A DNA stretch of 64,000 nucleotides, taken from assembly GCA_945862325.1 (NCBI GenBank), contig CAMAXZ010000012.1, positions 1 to 64,000 on the forward strand. Reading direction: 5' to 3'. Positions 28,324 through 38,970 of the stretch are shown here, piece after piece. Position numbers and translations under genes: made by a program. The DNA comes from Klebsiella pneumoniae. Its GTDB lineage: Bacteria > Myxococcota_A > UBA796 > SXON01. Every line of letters starts with the position of its first letter. Position 1 is the first letter of the stretch. The notes beneath the pieces are model-generated. The model did no database searches and was not told where the DNA came from. It worked only from the letters and a program-made list of their open reading frames with translations.

Positions 28324-30041
28324 CCGTCGGCCGCGCCGCCCGGCGCGTCGAGGACGTACACGCGCAGCTCGGTGTCATCGAACACGGGCGTGGCGGAGAG
28401 ATCGAGGAACCGACTTATCTTTCCGACAGTCGGCGCGGGATAGCGCGCCTTGTTGACCACGATCCACCGCAGTCCGCGATCGCGCAGCTCCGCCTGGGCG
28501 GCGACCAGGTCCAGCACCGGCAGCTGCGGCGGGAGCATCGCGATCGGGCTGCGCTCGAGCTCGACGAGGTAGCGGGTGTAGCGGTTCACGTAGAGGTAGA
28601 GCGGCAGCGGATCATTCAGCCCATACGGGACCGCCTCGCCGTGCACGAGCTGGTTCGCGATCCACCGCGCGCGCGACAGCACGGGCATCGTGATCGGAAG
28701 GTCGAGCACGGCGCCGCCGTCGAGCTGCGCGTACACGGCGTGCGGCGCGAACGTGGCGGTGGGGATCGGTACGTGCGCCGGGGAGAACGCCGCGGTCTCG
28801 ACCACCCGCGCCACGCAGAGCGCGGCGACGAGCGCCCACGCCCCGGCGCCGCGCCGCTCGGCCGCGCGGACGGCCCACGCGCCGAGCAACGCGAGGCCCA
28901 GCGTGGCGCCGATCGCGAAACGATACGCGTGGGAGATCCTCGAGAACAGCGGAAAGGCCCGGAACAGGAAGAGGAACGGCAGGGGGATCCACCGCCCCGC
29001 GACGTCGACGTAGGCGCCGCCGACGTAGAGGAAAGGCCCAAGCGACAAGCTCAGATACAACGCGGTCATCCAGGCGGCACGCGAGGCGTCGCGCGCGCGC
29101 GTGCTCCAGAGCGCGGCGAGCGCCGGCAGCACCAGCGCCCAGCCGAGGTACACGACGACGATGAGGTCCTCGTCGAACATCGCCTTGAGGTCGGGGCTGT
29201 AGAACCGCCCTGGGCGCAGGAGTGACACGAGGTCCGTCATGTTGTGCATGACGAGGGTCATCCAGACGAAGCCGGGGTCGCGCGTGACGACCGCATCTTC
29301 CGCCTCCATCGTCGACAGAAACAACCCGAACGGGCCGACCATGACGACCGCGCACACCGCGACGCCCACCGCGAGGAGCCCCGCGGCGCGCAGCGGCGCG
29401 AGCGCGCGCCAGCCGTGCACCACGCCCCAGAGCACCATGCCGGCGAGGGCGAGGCCGGCGAAGAGCCCGTAGTACCAGTTCGCGACGGCGTTGACGCCGA
29501 AGGCCAGCCCGGCGATCGCCGCCCGGCGCGGGGTGGGCTCCGCGAACGCCGCGCGAGCCGCGAGGAGGGCGAGCGGGAGCCACCCCGCCGCGAGGGTCTC
29601 GGAGATGCCGTTGTAGGCCTGCCCGAGCAGGTGGGGCGCCGTCATGTACGCGACCCCGGCGAACACCGCGCCGCCGTCGGACCCGGTGACGGCGCGCGCG
29701 AGGAGGTGCGCGCCGAGGCCACACAGCGCCAGATTCGCGAAACACGACAGGTTGTACGCCGCGACAGGGCCCCACGCGAGCTGCGCCGGGAGCGTCAGGA
29801 CGGCGTTGAACGTGTCGATGAACCACAAGCGCCCGCCGACCGGCCACACGAGCTCGTCCGCGCGGATCGGCAGCTCGCCGGCGAGGAGCGCGCGCGCGAC
29901 GAAGCCGAAGCCCCACACGTGGTTCCAGACGTCGTTGTTCGGGTGACCGAGGGCGAGCCGCGTCGGGTCGGGCAGCACCGGCGCCACGAGGGCGGCCGCG
30001 AGCAGGAGGTACAGCAGCGCGGCGGCGTGGAGGGGGCGCAC
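28293..30041 (-). CDS. Large polytopic integral membrane protein, paralog 3.
   Basis: MRPLHAAALLYLLLAAALVAPVL...NDVWNHVWGFGFVARALLAGELP...; multi-TM throughout. Confidence 0.65.
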   Translation of the reverse strand: MRPLHAAALLYLLLAAALVAPVLPDPTRLALGHPNNDVWNHVWGFGFVARALLAGELPIRADELVWPVGGRLWFIDTFNAVLTLPAQLAWGPVAAYNLSCFANLALCGLGAHLLARAVTGSDGGAVFAGVAYMTAPHLLGQAYNGISETLAAGWLPLALLAARAAFAEPTPRRAAIAGLAFGVNAVANWYYGLFAGLALAGMVLWGVVHGWRALAPLRAAGLLAVGVAVCAVVMVGPFGLFLSTMEAEDAVVTRDPGFVWMTLVMHNMTDLVSLLRPGRFYSPDLKAMFDEDLIVVVYLGWALVLPALAALWSTRARDASRAAWMTALYLSLSLGPFLYVGGAYVDVAGRWIPLPFLFLFRAFPLFSRISHAYRFAIGATLGLALLGAWAVRAAERRGAGAWALVAALCVARVVETAAFSPAHVPIPTATFAPHAVYAQLDGGAVLDLPITMPVLSRARWIANQLVHGEAVPYGLNDPLPLYLYVNRYTRYLVELERSPIAMLPPQLPVLDLVAAQAELRDRGLRWIVVNKARYPAPTVGKISRFLDLSATPVFDDTELRVYVLDAPGGAADGQPAVYPSGR

Positions 30042-30093
30042 CCAGGGAGCCTATTGTGGCGTGAGCGGCGCGACGGTGCGCTAAGGGCCCCGC

Positions 30094-30951
30094 ATGTGGC
30101 CCCTCGTCCTCTTCCTCGCTGCCTGCCGCATCGACGACCGCTCCCTCGCGCGGCCGCCTACCGGCACGCCGCCGGTGGCGCTCCCGGCGAGCCCGCCGCC
30201 GGCGCCGCGCGTCGAGGGAGAGAAGCTCTACCAGCTCCTGTACGCCGAGGAGATCGGCGACGCGGCGCGGCCGTCCGGGCAGCGCGCGCGCATGCTGGTC
30301 TGGATGGACGCCGTGGCGCTCACGCCCCCCCAGCTCACGGCCCTGCGGGACATCATCGCCGAGGTGCGCGCCGCGCAGGCGGCGCACGACGCGCAGCGCG
30401 CCGTGGCGGGAGAGGCGGAGCGCGCGGGGTACGTGCCCGTGCACGAGGCGCTGATCCGGGCCCTGGCGAACGGCGGCAGCGCCTCCAGCCTCGACCTCCC
30501 GGCCCTCGCCGCCCGCTTGGAGGCGGCGGCCCCCTCGAAGGACCCGCGAGCCGACGCCTACGCGCGCGTGGCCGCGTTGTTCCCCATCGTGCAGAAGTGG
30601 ATCGAGTCGTTGAGCGCGGACCAGCAGAAGGTGCTCGGGCAAAGTCGATTCTTCCTCGCCCGCCGCCTGTCGCCGTACCATGCCCCCGGCGACTACTCGG
30701 CGTTCGTCGGCTCAGCGTGGGACGGCGGCGACTTCGGGTCCCTCCGCGCCACCTTGCGGCCCGACGCCGAGGGCCACCTCGACGTCGGCGGACTCTGGGC
30801 CACGGAGCAGTTCTTCGGGTCGCCCGATCACGACCTCCGCGGCTACCAGCTCGCCGTGCTCGTCCTGTTCGCCGTGCAGGAGCCGGGCCTGGACGAGGCG
30901 ATCGAAGTGCGCCTCGGGCTGCGCGCGCCGATGGACTTCGGCGCGCCCTGA
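30094..30951 (+). CDS. Lipoprotein, function unknown.
   Basis: Lipobox MWPLVLFLAAC. Helical Ala-rich body. Confidence 0.55.
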   Translation: MWPLVLFLAACRIDDRSLARPPTGTPPVALPASPPPAPRVEGEKLYQLLYAEEIGDAARPSGQRARMLVWMDAVALTPPQLTALRDIIAEVRAAQAAHDAQRAVAGEAERAGYVPVHEALIRALANGGSASSLDLPALAARLEAAAPSKDPRADAYARVAALFPIVQKWIESLSADQQKVLGQSRFFLARRLSPYHAPGDYSAFVGSAWDGGDFGSLRATLRPDAEGHLDVGGLWATEQFFGSPDHDLRGYQLAVLVLFAVQEPGLDEAIEVRLGLRAPMDFGAP

Positions 30952-30958
30952 GCAGGGC

Positions 30959-32128
30959 TCACTCCGGGCGCGGCGCCTCCGCGCCGACGAACAAGTTCTG
31001 CTGCGGCGAGTTGCCACCGAGCGCCGGCGTCGGGCCGCGCGGCGGCGGCAGCGTGTCGGGGTCGAACGCCCCGCCCCGCGCCAGCTGTGGCGCCTCCGGC
31101 CAGCCCGCAGCGCGCAGGGCGTCCGCGGCGACCTGCGCGAACACGCGGTGCCCCTCCGCCGAAGGGTGCATCTGGTCGACGAACAGCGCCTCGGCGCTCG
31201 GCGCGCCCGCGCGCGCCGCGCGCATGGCCGGCAGGGTCTCCGCCCACACGACGCCGTGGTGCGCGGCGACCGCTCGTTGGGCGTCGAAGTACGGGTCCCA
31301 CGAAGCGGCGCCGCCGGGGACCCGGTCCTCCACCATCAGGACGTTGCTCGGGGCGACGAAGGCGACGCCCACGCCGCGCGCGGCGGCGTCGCGCGCGAGT
31401 CGATCGAGGTTCGCGGCGTAGGATCGCACCGGGACGCGTCGCGCCCCGGTCGCCGCGGGCTGGGAGTCCTTCGTCCACGTGACGAGGCGGGCCCCCGCGC
31501 CGCCGCGCGCGCGGTCCACCGCGGTGGCGAGCATGCGGAAGAGGTGGCTGCGAAACAGGGGGTTGTAGGCGTTCTGACGGGCGGTGCGCAGGAGGTCCTC
31601 GTCCGCGAACCAGTCGGCGTTGTTGTCGCTCCACAAGCTGCCGACGAGCAGGAGGTCGGGGTCGAGGTCCCAGCCGAGCTCCTCCATCAGGAGGGCGGTC
31701 TGCGCGGTGGAGTAGCCGGGGATGCCGCCGTTGAGCACCTCGACGTCGACGCCCGACTCCGCGAACCGTGCTTCGACCTGCTCTCCGAACGTCTCTTCGT
31801 CCGCCACGCCGTGGCCGAACCACGTGGAGTCGCCGAGCACGAGCACGCGCGGCCGACCCGGTGGCTTCGGCGTCACCGGCGGCTCGCCGCGGAGCCCGAG
31901 GGGGTTGACGTGGATCGTGTGGGGGCCGTATCGGCGCTCGCCGACACCGACGGCCCAGAGGCGGGTGGGGTGGCCGACCATCACCACGCCCTGCGCGTCG
32001 TCGAGCTGCCACTCGGGGATCCGGACGTCGAGCATGCGCGCCGCCGCCTCGCCCGTCGCGAGCACGAACACCAGCACGATCGCGGAGAACACCCAACGGA
32101 GGCCCCGGCGTCGGTACGCGCGGCTCAA
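30959..32128 (-). CDS. Membrane-anchored SGNH/GDSL-family hydrolase (paralog c).
   Basis: TM WVFSAIVLVFVLATGEAAA. VLVLGDSTWFGHGVADEETF...LNGGIPGYSTAQ...LLLVGSLWSDNN, with near-identical block order to paralogs a and b. Confidence 0.7.
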   Translation of the reverse strand: MSRAYRRRGLRWVFSAIVLVFVLATGEAAARMLDVRIPEWQLDDAQGVVMVGHPTRLWAVGVGERRYGPHTIHVNPLGLRGEPPVTPKPPGRPRVLVLGDSTWFGHGVADEETFGEQVEARFAESGVDVEVLNGGIPGYSTAQTALLMEELGWDLDPDLLLVGSLWSDNNADWFADEDLLRTARQNAYNPLFRSHLFRMLATAVDRARGGAGARLVTWTKDSQPAATGARRVPVRSYAANLDRLARDAAARGVGVAFVAPSNVLMVEDRVPGGAASWDPYFDAQRAVAAHHGVVWAETLPAMRAARAGAPSAEALFVDQMHPSAEGHRVFAQVAADALRAAGWPEAPQLARGGAFDPDTLPPPRGPTPALGGNSPQQNLFVGAEAPRPE

Positions 32129-32193
32129 CGGCGGTCGCCTGGGTCCATGGGCTCGGGGATAGCGCGCCGGCCCGCGCCGCGCGACGTTGCGGG

Positions 32194-33834
32194 ATGCACC
32201 GCGCCGCCCTGCTCGCGCTCGTCGTCGCCGCGCTCGTCGGCGGGCTCCGGTGGCCCGCGCTCGCGATGGTCGCCCTCGCGGCGGTCGGCGGCCTCGCCGG
32301 CGGGCCTCGGACCCCCGCGGAGACGCCGGAGCCGGTGACGCGCGGCGAGCGGCTCGCGCTCGCCGCCGTCGTCGCGGCGTTCCTCGCGACCACGCTCCCG
32401 CTGCTCGATCCCGATCGCCCTCTCGGGACCGACTGGATGGCGTACCTCAAGAACGCGCTGGCGATCGCGACGGGCGACCCGGCCCTCTACCAGAAGTGGC
32501 GAGGTCCGGTCCACGCGTGGGCCTCGCTCGCGGCGACCCCGCTCGTCGGCGGGCTCGTCGAGGGCTCCCAGCTTGTGTCCGTCGTGAGCGCAACCGCACT
32601 CATCCCCTTGACATGGCTGCTCGGACGCTCCTTGTTCGGCGCGCGCGTCGCGTTGGTGGCGGCGGCGCTGGTCGCGGGCTGGGCCGACCTGCGGGTGTAC
32701 GCCGTCGCGAGCACCCCCTACCCCTTCGTCGCCGCGCTCACGACCGCCGGCGGCGCCGCCCTGGCGCTCGGCGCGGGGGCGGCGACGCCCGGCGGGTTCG
32801 CCGCGACGCACGCGGCGGCGGCGATCCTGTTGGGGCTCGCCTACGGCGCGGATCTCCGCGGCGGGGCCGCCGCGGTGCTGATGGTCGTCGGCGCGGCGCT
32901 CCTGCCCGGCCTGACGCGCGTGCGGGCCGTCGCGCTGGCCCTCGTCGGGGTGTCAGCCCTCGGACTCGGCGGCGCGGCGATCGCCTCGGCGCCGGTCACC
33001 CTCATCCCCCTCCACGCGCAGATCCTCCTTCAGCGCGATCTCAACGCGCGCGAGGGCGTCGGCCCCGGCGAAGTGCGGGTGTGCCCTGCCCGCGGGCCCG
33101 CCTGGCCGCGCCCGGACGACCTCTACGGCCCGTGCGGCCGCGCCACGCTCGCCCGAAACCTCTCCGCCGCCAACCAGGCGATCCCGATCGGGGCCGCCGC
33201 CGCCGCCCTCCTCGTGGGGCTCGGCCTGCTCTGGGCGCCGAAGGGGCGCGCCCTTCTCGGCCTGCCGCTCCTGCCGGCCCTGCCCGCGATGCTGATCATC
33301 GGCGTTCAACATCGGTACGTCGTGCCGATCGCGCCGTCGCTGGCGCTCCTGGTGGCCGTGGCGCTCACCCGCCTCGCCGGGGGCTCGCGGTTCGCCCCCG
33401 GCCTTCGCGTCGCGCTCGTGGCGCTGCTCGCGGCGGCGTGGCAGCTCTGGCCGGGCGGGTTCTGGGCCGGCGCCGTGCGCGGGAGCGGCGTCGACCCTGC
33501 GTTCTCGCTCACGCATCCGCCGACGTACCCGTCCGCGCGGAGGGCCCTGCGCGCCGCGAACGACGCCGACCGCGTCGTCGATTGCACCCACGCCGACTTT
33601 CGTGTGCGCCTCTACCCGCACCCCGTCGAGCGGATCGCCGGCGGGCCTCCGGATCGTCCTTCACGGCGTTGCAGCCAGCTCCTCACCGCGGGGGCCCCCG
33701 CCGGCACCTGGCTCCTCGTCGAGCTTGCCGCTCACGTGCCGCAGAGCCCGCGCTGGGACACGGTCGTCCGCGCCCCGATCGCCGGGACCGCCGAGCTGCG
33801 CGTCTTGCGCGGGACCTCGAGGGCCCCGCGCTGA
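32194..33834 (+). CDS. ArnT/PMT (GT39, GT-C fold)-like polytopic membrane glycosyltransferase-family protein.
   Basis: ~13 TM segments, an N-terminal loop with DPDRPLGTDWMAY, and overall architecture as in 4-amino-4-deoxy-L-arabinose / mannosyl transferases. The family call is an inference. Confidence 0.55.
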   Translation: MHRAALLALVVAALVGGLRWPALAMVALAAVGGLAGGPRTPAETPEPVTRGERLALAAVVAAFLATTLPLLDPDRPLGTDWMAYLKNALAIATGDPALYQKWRGPVHAWASLAATPLVGGLVEGSQLVSVVSATALIPLTWLLGRSLFGARVALVAAALVAGWADLRVYAVASTPYPFVAALTTAGGAALALGAGAATPGGFAATHAAAAILLGLAYGADLRGGAAAVLMVVGAALLPGLTRVRAVALALVGVSALGLGGAAIASAPVTLIPLHAQILLQRDLNAREGVGPGEVRVCPARGPAWPRPDDLYGPCGRATLARNLSAANQAIPIGAAAAALLVGLGLLWAPKGRALLGLPLLPALPAMLIIGVQHRYVVPIAPSLALLVAVALTRLAGGSRFAPGLRVALVALLAAAWQLWPGGFWAGAVRGSGVDPAFSLTHPPTYPSARRALRAANDADRVVDCTHADFRVRLYPHPVERIAGGPPDRPSRRCSQLLTAGAPAGTWLLVELAAHVPQSPRWDTVVRAPIAGTAELRVLRGTSRAPR

Positions 33835-33840
33835 GCGGGA

Positions 33841-34614
33841 TCAGCCCTCGCCGCCGCCGGTCGAGGCGGGCGCCGGGACGAGCAGCGAACGAAGGTAGTC
33901 CGCGTTCATCCGACCGATGTTGTCGATCGAGATGCCCTTCGGGCACACCGCTTCGCATTCGCCGTGCAAGGAGCAGTTGCCGAAGCCCTCGGCGTCCATG
34001 CGGTCGACCATGTTCCTGACGCGGTCGAAGCGCTCGGGCTGGCCCTGCGGGAGGCGCCCGAGGTGGGCGATCTTGGCGGAGGTGAACAGCGCCGCCGAGG
34101 CGTTCGGGCAGGCGGCGACGCAGGCGCCGCAGCCGATGCACGTCGCGGCGTCCATCGCCGCGTCGGCTTCGTGCTTCGGCACCGGGAGGGAGTTCGCGTC
34201 GCGGGGGCTGCCCGTGTTGACGCTGATGTAGCCGCCCGCCTGGATGATGCGGTCGAACCCCGAACGATCGACGACGAGGTCCTTCAGGACGGGGAACGGC
34301 GTCGCGCGCCAGGGCTCGAGCACGAGCTCCGTCGCGCCTTTGTAGTGGCGCATGTGGGTCTGACAGACCGTCGAGCGCTTCTGGTCACCGTGCGCCACGC
34401 CGTTGATCATGAAGCCGCACGACCCGCAGATGCCTTCGCGACAATCGTGCTCGAACGCGATGGGCTCCTTGCCTTGCGACTCGAGCCGCTCGTTCACGAC
34501 GTCGAGCATCTCGAGGAAGGACATGTCTTCCGACACGTCCGTCGCGTCGTAGGTCTCGAACGCACCGGCGGACTTCGGGTCTTTCTGGCGCCAGACCTTG
34601 AGCTTGAGGTTCAC
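33841..34614 (-). CDS. sdhB: Succinate dehydrogenase / fumarate reductase iron-sulfur subunit.
   Basis: Three Fe-S Cys clusters: [32 protein letters not shown] and [15 protein letters not shown] start overlaps the sdhA stop (GTGA). Confidence 0.9.
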   Translation of the reverse strand: MNLKLKVWRQKDPKSAGAFETYDATDVSEDMSFLEMLDVVNERLESQGKEPIAFEHDCREGICGSCGFMINGVAHGDQKRSTVCQTHMRHYKGATELVLEPWRATPFPVLKDLVVDRSGFDRIIQAGGYISVNTGSPRDANSLPVPKHEADAAMDAATCIGCGACVAACPNASAALFTSAKIAHLGRLPQGQPERFDRVRNMVDRMDAEGFGNCSLHGECEAVCPKGISIDNIGRMNADYLRSLLVPAPASTGGGEG

Positions 34615-36536
34615 TTGTAGCTCCGCTGCGTCGGCTTGACGTAGTTGAAGGTGAGCGGCTCCTTGACCAGGGTCGGGCGGTTGCCGACGCCCTCGAAGCG
34701 CCACGCGGCGGCGTGGGTGAAGTTCACGTCGTCGCGCTTCGCTTCGCCCTCGTCCTGGTACTCCTCGCGGAAGTGGCCGCCGCAGGACTCTTCGCGCTCG
34801 AGCGCGTCGAGGCACATCAGCTCGGCGAACTCGAACAGGTCGGCGAGGCGGCCGGCCTTCTCGAGGGTCTGATTGAGCTTGTCATCACCAGGAATCGCAA
34901 CGTTCTTCCAGAACTCTTCCCGAATCTCCGGGATCTTGCGCAGGGCCTCCTGAAGGCCCGTGCGCGTGCGCGCCATGCCGCACTTGTTCCACATGATGTC
35001 GCCGAGCTGGCGGTGGAAGTCGTCCACCGGGCGGCGGCCGCCGACCGCGAGGAGCTGCTTCACGCGGCCTTCGACCTCGCCCTGGACCCGACGGGCCTCG
35101 GCGTGGTCGGCGCCGACGGCGTCGAGCTTGTTGTTGGCGAGGTAGTGCCCGAGCGTCGTGCTGATGATGAAGTACCCGTCGGACAGGCCCTGCATGAGCG
35201 CGCTCGCGCCGAGGCGGTTCGCGCCGTGGTCGGAGAAGTTGGCCTCGCCCAGCACGAACAAGCCGGGGATGTTGCTCATCAGGTGGTAGTCCACCCAGAG
35301 CCCGCCCATCGTGTAGTGCGGCGCCGGGTACATGCGCATCGGCGTCTTGTAGGGGTCGTCGCCCGCGATGCGCTCGTACATCTCGAAGAGGTTGCCGTAG
35401 CGCTCGGCGATCGTGCTCTGCCCGAGGCGGCCGATCGCGTCGGAGAAGTCGAGGTAGACACCGCGACGTACACCGTCGATGGCGGGGCCGACGCCACGCC
35501 CGTCGTCGCATGCCTCCTTGGCCGCGCGCGACGCGATGTCGCGCGGGGAGAGGTTGCCGAAGCTCGGGTACTTGCGTTCGAGGTAGTAATCGCGCTTGGA
35601 CTCGGGGATGTCCGCGGGCGCCTTCGTGCCATCCGCGGCGTCCTTCGGCACCCACACGCGCCCGTCGTTGCGCAGGCTCTCGCTCATGAGGGTGAGCTTG
35701 GACTGGTAGGCGCCGGCCTGCGGGATGCAGGTCGGGTGGATCTGCGTGAAGCAGGGGTTGGCGAAGAGCGCCCCGCGACGCGCGGCCCGCCACGTCGCGG
35801 TGACGTTGCAGCCCTTGGCGTTCGTGCTCAGGTAGAACACGTTGCTGTACCCGCCCGTGGCGAGGCACACGGCGTGGGCCATCGCCGTCTCGACCTTGCC
35901 GCTCACGAGGTCGCGGACCACGATGCCGCGCGCGCGGCCGTCGACCACCACGAGGTCGAGCATCTCGGTGCGGGGGAACATCTTGACCTTGCCCGCCGCG
36001 ATCTGACGCTCCAGCGCCTGGTATGCGCCGAGCAGGAGCTGCTGGCCGGTCTGCCCCTTCGCGTAGAAGGTGCGGCTGACCTGCGCGCCGCCGAAGCTGC
36101 GGTTGGAGAGCAGGCCGCCGTACTCTCGCGCGAACGGCACCCCCTGCGCCACGGCCTGGTCGACGATCTTCACGCTGTTCTCGGCGAGGCGGAACACGTT
36201 CGCCTCGCGCGCGCGGAAGTCGCCACCCTTCACGGTGTCGTAAAAGAGGCGGTAGATGCTGTCGCCGTCGCCCTGGTAGTTCTTCGCCGCGTTGATGCCG
36301 CCCTGGGCGGCGATGCTGTGCGCCCGGCGCGGGCTGTCCTGAAAGCAGTAGCAGAGGACGTTGTACCCGAGCTCGCCGAGCGTCGCGGCGGCGGACGCGC
36401 CCGCGAGGCCCGAGCCCACGACGATGACGGTGAACTTCCGCTTGTTGGCCGGGTTCACCAGCTTCAGATCGAACTTGGTGCGCTCCCACGCCGTCTCGAT
36501 GGGGCCGGTCGGGAGCTTGGAGTCGAGCGTTTCCAC
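34611..36536 (-). CDS. sdhA: Succinate dehydrogenase flavoprotein subunit.
   Basis: FAD-binding [28 protein letters not shown] and [13 protein letters not shown] start preceded by AAAGGAGAG. Confidence 0.92.
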   Translation of the reverse strand: METLDSKLPTGPIETAWERTKFDLKLVNPANKRKFTVIVVGSGLAGASAAATLGELGYNVLCYCFQDSPRRAHSIAAQGGINAAKNYQGDGDSIYRLFYDTVKGGDFRAREANVFRLAENSVKIVDQAVAQGVPFAREYGGLLSNRSFGGAQVSRTFYAKGQTGQQLLLGAYQALERQIAAGKVKMFPRTEMLDLVVVDGRARGIVVRDLVSGKVETAMAHAVCLATGGYSNVFYLSTNAKGCNVTATWRAARRGALFANPCFTQIHPTCIPQAGAYQSKLTLMSESLRNDGRVWVPKDAADGTKAPADIPESKRDYYLERKYPSFGNLSPRDIASRAAKEACDDGRGVGPAIDGVRRGVYLDFSDAIGRLGQSTIAERYGNLFEMYERIAGDDPYKTPMRMYPAPHYTMGGLWVDYHLMSNIPGLFVLGEANFSDHGANRLGASALMQGLSDGYFIISTTLGHYLANNKLDAVGADHAEARRVQGEVEGRVKQLLAVGGRRPVDDFHRQLGDIMWNKCGMARTRTGLQEALRKIPEIREEFWKNVAIPGDDKLNQTLEKAGRLADLFEFAELMCLDALEREESCGGHFREEYQDEGEAKRDDVNFTHAAAWRFEGVGNRPTLVKEPLTFNYVKPTQRSYK

Positions 36537-36550
36537 TGGCTCTCCTTTCT

Positions 36551-37228
36551 TCAGCGCAGGACGGCGAAGACGAAGATGGGGATGGAGATGTTGGCGACGG
36601 TGACGATGGCCGCGAGGCCGATCGCGACCTTCCGCGCGAGCTCGGCCGTGCCGCGGTCGGTCAGGCCGAGGGAACGGAACATGCTGTAGCCGCCGTGCGC
36701 GAGGTGGGGGCCGAGCGCGAGCATGGCGACCACGTACACCGCGACCAGCACGGGGTTCGCGAACCCGGCCTTGAGGTTGTCGTAGACCTTCCCGTATTCG
36801 TACGCCGAGATCGCGTCGATGCCGACCGTGAAGTGCAGCAGGTGGAACACGATGAACACGAACAGGATCGGCCCGCTGATGCGCATCGTGCGCGACATCA
36901 GGGTGGACGCGAGGTTCTGCCGGCCGGCGTAGTCCTGGGGGCGCGCCGCGCCGGCGCGCACCGCGAGCAGGCGGAACGCGCGGACGTGGAGGACGAGCGC
37001 GACCAACAGCAGGGCGCGGTTGCCCCACTTGATCGCCCCGTGCGCCGTCTCGTCGAGGAAGGCTGCGTACGCGTCGAGCGCGTGGGGCTCGCCGGGGTGG
37101 ATCGGGAGGAACACCTGCAGGTTCCCGATCATGTGGACGATCACGAACCCGAACATCAGGAATCCGGTCACCGCCATGGTGACCTTCAATCCCACGGTCG
37201 AGTTCATCAGGCGCGCCACCGCGTTCAT
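36551..37228 (-). CDS. sdhC: Succinate dehydrogenase cytochrome b subunit (single 5-TM anchor, type B/Bacillus-like).
   Basis: Five TM helices with conserved His residues ([31 protein letters not shown]). Position immediately upstream of sdhA. Confidence 0.8.
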   Translation of the reverse strand: MNAVARLMNSTVGLKVTMAVTGFLMFGFVIVHMIGNLQVFLPIHPGEPHALDAYAAFLDETAHGAIKWGNRALLLVALVLHVRAFRLLAVRAGAARPQDYAGRQNLASTLMSRTMRISGPILFVFIVFHLLHFTVGIDAISAYEYGKVYDNLKAGFANPVLVAVYVVAMLALGPHLAHGGYSMFRSLGLTDRGTAELARKVAIGLAAIVTVANISIPIFVFAVLR

Positions 37229-37316
37229 CGGCCCTCCGGGCGAGACCGACCACTTACTCCGTCTGGAGCAGCGGCTCAACCGGTCGCGCGCCGCCGGACG
37301 CCGCCGGGCGCGCCGC

Positions 37317-38096
37317 TCAGCCCTCGATCTGAAGCTGGCTGAAGCCGAACTTCACCTTCAACGTCAGCTCCTCTTCGTCGATGTCGAGGGCCACATCCTC
37401 GACGCCCATCTTGAGCTTGAGCGGCCCGCCGGCCGGCGAGACCATCTCTTCGATCTGGCTCTTTGCGAGGATCTGCACCGGGTTCACCTGCGGCGTCTGC
37501 TGTGCGATCGCGTACTCCGCCGCGCGATTGAGGAGCTGCAGGATGAAGTTGTCTCCGAGGTCCACGGTGACGTCCTGGAGCTGGCCCACGAGGGCCTGGC
37601 GGCCGCGGTCGTACTGGATGTCCGCGAGCGCGGCCTCCGCCCCGATGCGCTTCTCGAGCACGAACGGGAACTCGATATTGCGACGGAGCAAGTACACCTT
37701 TCCGGTGGCCACCGCCTTCACGTGCGCTTCGATGCCGAAGCGCTGACGCGCGTACTTGAAGTCCGACCCCTCGCGGTCGATCTCCACCTGCCAGTCGCCT
37801 TCGATCTTCAGGAGGTCGTCGATGACCTGGTAGACGTCGCCACGACGCCGATCCCACACGTCGCGCGCGACGGCGCGGCCACGCACCAGCACCTCTGGCA
37901 CCTGACGATCCTCGAGGAGCCCCCTCACCTTCTCCTTCAGCTCGAGCCGCCGCAGGCCCTCGCGGACGTTGGCGATCACGTCGAAGGTGCCGGAGCCGAC
38001 GCGAAACGGCAGTCCGGCGCTGAACAGGTCGTTCCAGAGCGCCTTGCCGATGGTGAACTTGAGGTGGAAACCGTCCCCAATCTGCTTTCGGCTCAT
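37317..38096 (-). CDS. Conserved hypothetical cytoplasmic protein.
   Basis: 259-aa ORF with balanced composition and no Arg-rich bias. No recognisable motif. Confidence 0.5.
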   Translation of the reverse strand: MSRKQIGDGFHLKFTIGKALWNDLFSAGLPFRVGSGTFDVIANVREGLRRLELKEKVRGLLEDRQVPEVLVRGRAVARDVWDRRRGDVYQVIDDLLKIEGDWQVEIDREGSDFKYARQRFGIEAHVKAVATGKVYLLRRNIEFPFVLEKRIGAEAALADIQYDRGRQALVGQLQDVTVDLGDNFILQLLNRAAEYAIAQQTPQVNPVQILAKSQIEEMVSPAGGPLKLKMGVEDVALDIDEEELTLKVKFGFSQLQIEG

Positions 38097-38167
38097 GCGC
38101 TGCGCTCCGAGGCGGAGTGTAGCGTTTCAGGGACGGACGTGCGTCGCGCGGCGCGGACGGGCGCGGC

Positions 38168-38581
38168 TCAGCTGAGCTCGGTCTCGGCGAAGAAGTAGGC
38201 GATCTCCCGGGCCGCGGACGCCGGGCTGTCCGAGCCGTGAACCGCGTTCTCGCCGACCGACGCGGCGTAGAGCTTGCGGAGCGTGCCCTCGGCCGCGTTG
38301 GCCGGGTTGGTGGCGCCCATGATCTCGCGATTCTTGGCGACGGCGTTCTCGCCCTCGAGGACCATGACCACGACCGGGCCGCTGGTCATGAAGTCGACGA
38401 GCTCGCCGAAGAAGCCGCGGTGCGAGTGCTCCGCGTAGAAGCCCTCCGCGACCGCGCGGGAGAGCAGCACCTTGCGGGCCGCGGCGATGCGGAGCCCCTC
38501 GGACTCGAAGCGGTGGATGATCGCGCCGATGTGCTGGCCGCGGACGGCGTCGGGCTTGATGATCGAGAGGGTGCGCTCCAT
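38168..38581 (-). CDS. ndk: Nucleoside diphosphate kinase.
   Basis: [15 protein letters not shown]...[16 protein letters not shown] with active-site His in NAVHGSD. Start at the internal ATG; the upstream Arg-rich extension is spurious. Confidence 0.9.
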   Translation of the reverse strand: MERTLSIIKPDAVRGQHIGAIIHRFESEGLRIAAARKVLLSRAVAEGFYAEHSHRGFFGELVDFMTSGPVVVMVLEGENAVAKNREIMGATNPANAAEGTLRKLYAASVGENAVHGSDSPASAAREIAYFFAETELS

Positions 38582-38655
38582 GTCGGTCTCCTGAAGGGGC
38601 GCGCGCGATATCGCGCGCCCCGCCGCGGCGCCACGCGTCGCGCGACGGCCGCCGG

Positions 38656-38970
38656 TCAGTCGGCGCAGTCCAACCATTGCTCGAGGAGGGCGCGGTCGTC
38701 GTCGACGACGCCCCCGCCGGGCGGCATGCTGGCCGCCTCCAACACGGTCCGCCGCACCGCGCCCTCGAGCGCCCGCACCTCCCCCTCGGCGTCGAGGTCG
38801 AGGCCCGGCGGCGCACCGTGGCGCTCCGTCGCGGTCGCCGAGTGACACGACCGGCAGTAGGACGCGAAGAACCCGTCGGCGAAGTTGTCCCACGTGACCG
38901 CCGTGGCGCACCCCGAGTCGGCCGCCGGCGCGCCGGCACACGCCAGGATCCAGAGCGCGAGGACGATCAC
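38656..38970 (-). CDS. Small c-type cytochrome lipoprotein with one CXXCH motif.
   Basis: GTG start overlaps the DUF1501 stop (GTGA). Signal/lipobox [11 protein letters not shown]. Heme motif SYCRSCHS. Confidence 0.6.
   Translation of the reverse strand: MIVLALWILACAGAPAADSGCATAVTWDNFADGFFASYCRSCHSATATERHGAPPGLDLDAEGEVRALEGAVRRTVLEAASMPPGGGVVDDDRALLEQWLDCAD

Noticed and set aside
26126-30681. Long antisense ORFs 26126..28096 (-), 26287..27663 (+), 28612..30681 (-) and 27984..29225 (+).
   Set aside because: Arg-rich junk overlapping the membrane-SGNH fusion and membrane paralogue 3.
34713-36689. 658-aa plus-strand ORF antisense to sdhA, and ORF 34885..36489 (-) in another frame.
   Set aside because: sdhA is unambiguous. 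These are alternate-frame artefacts.
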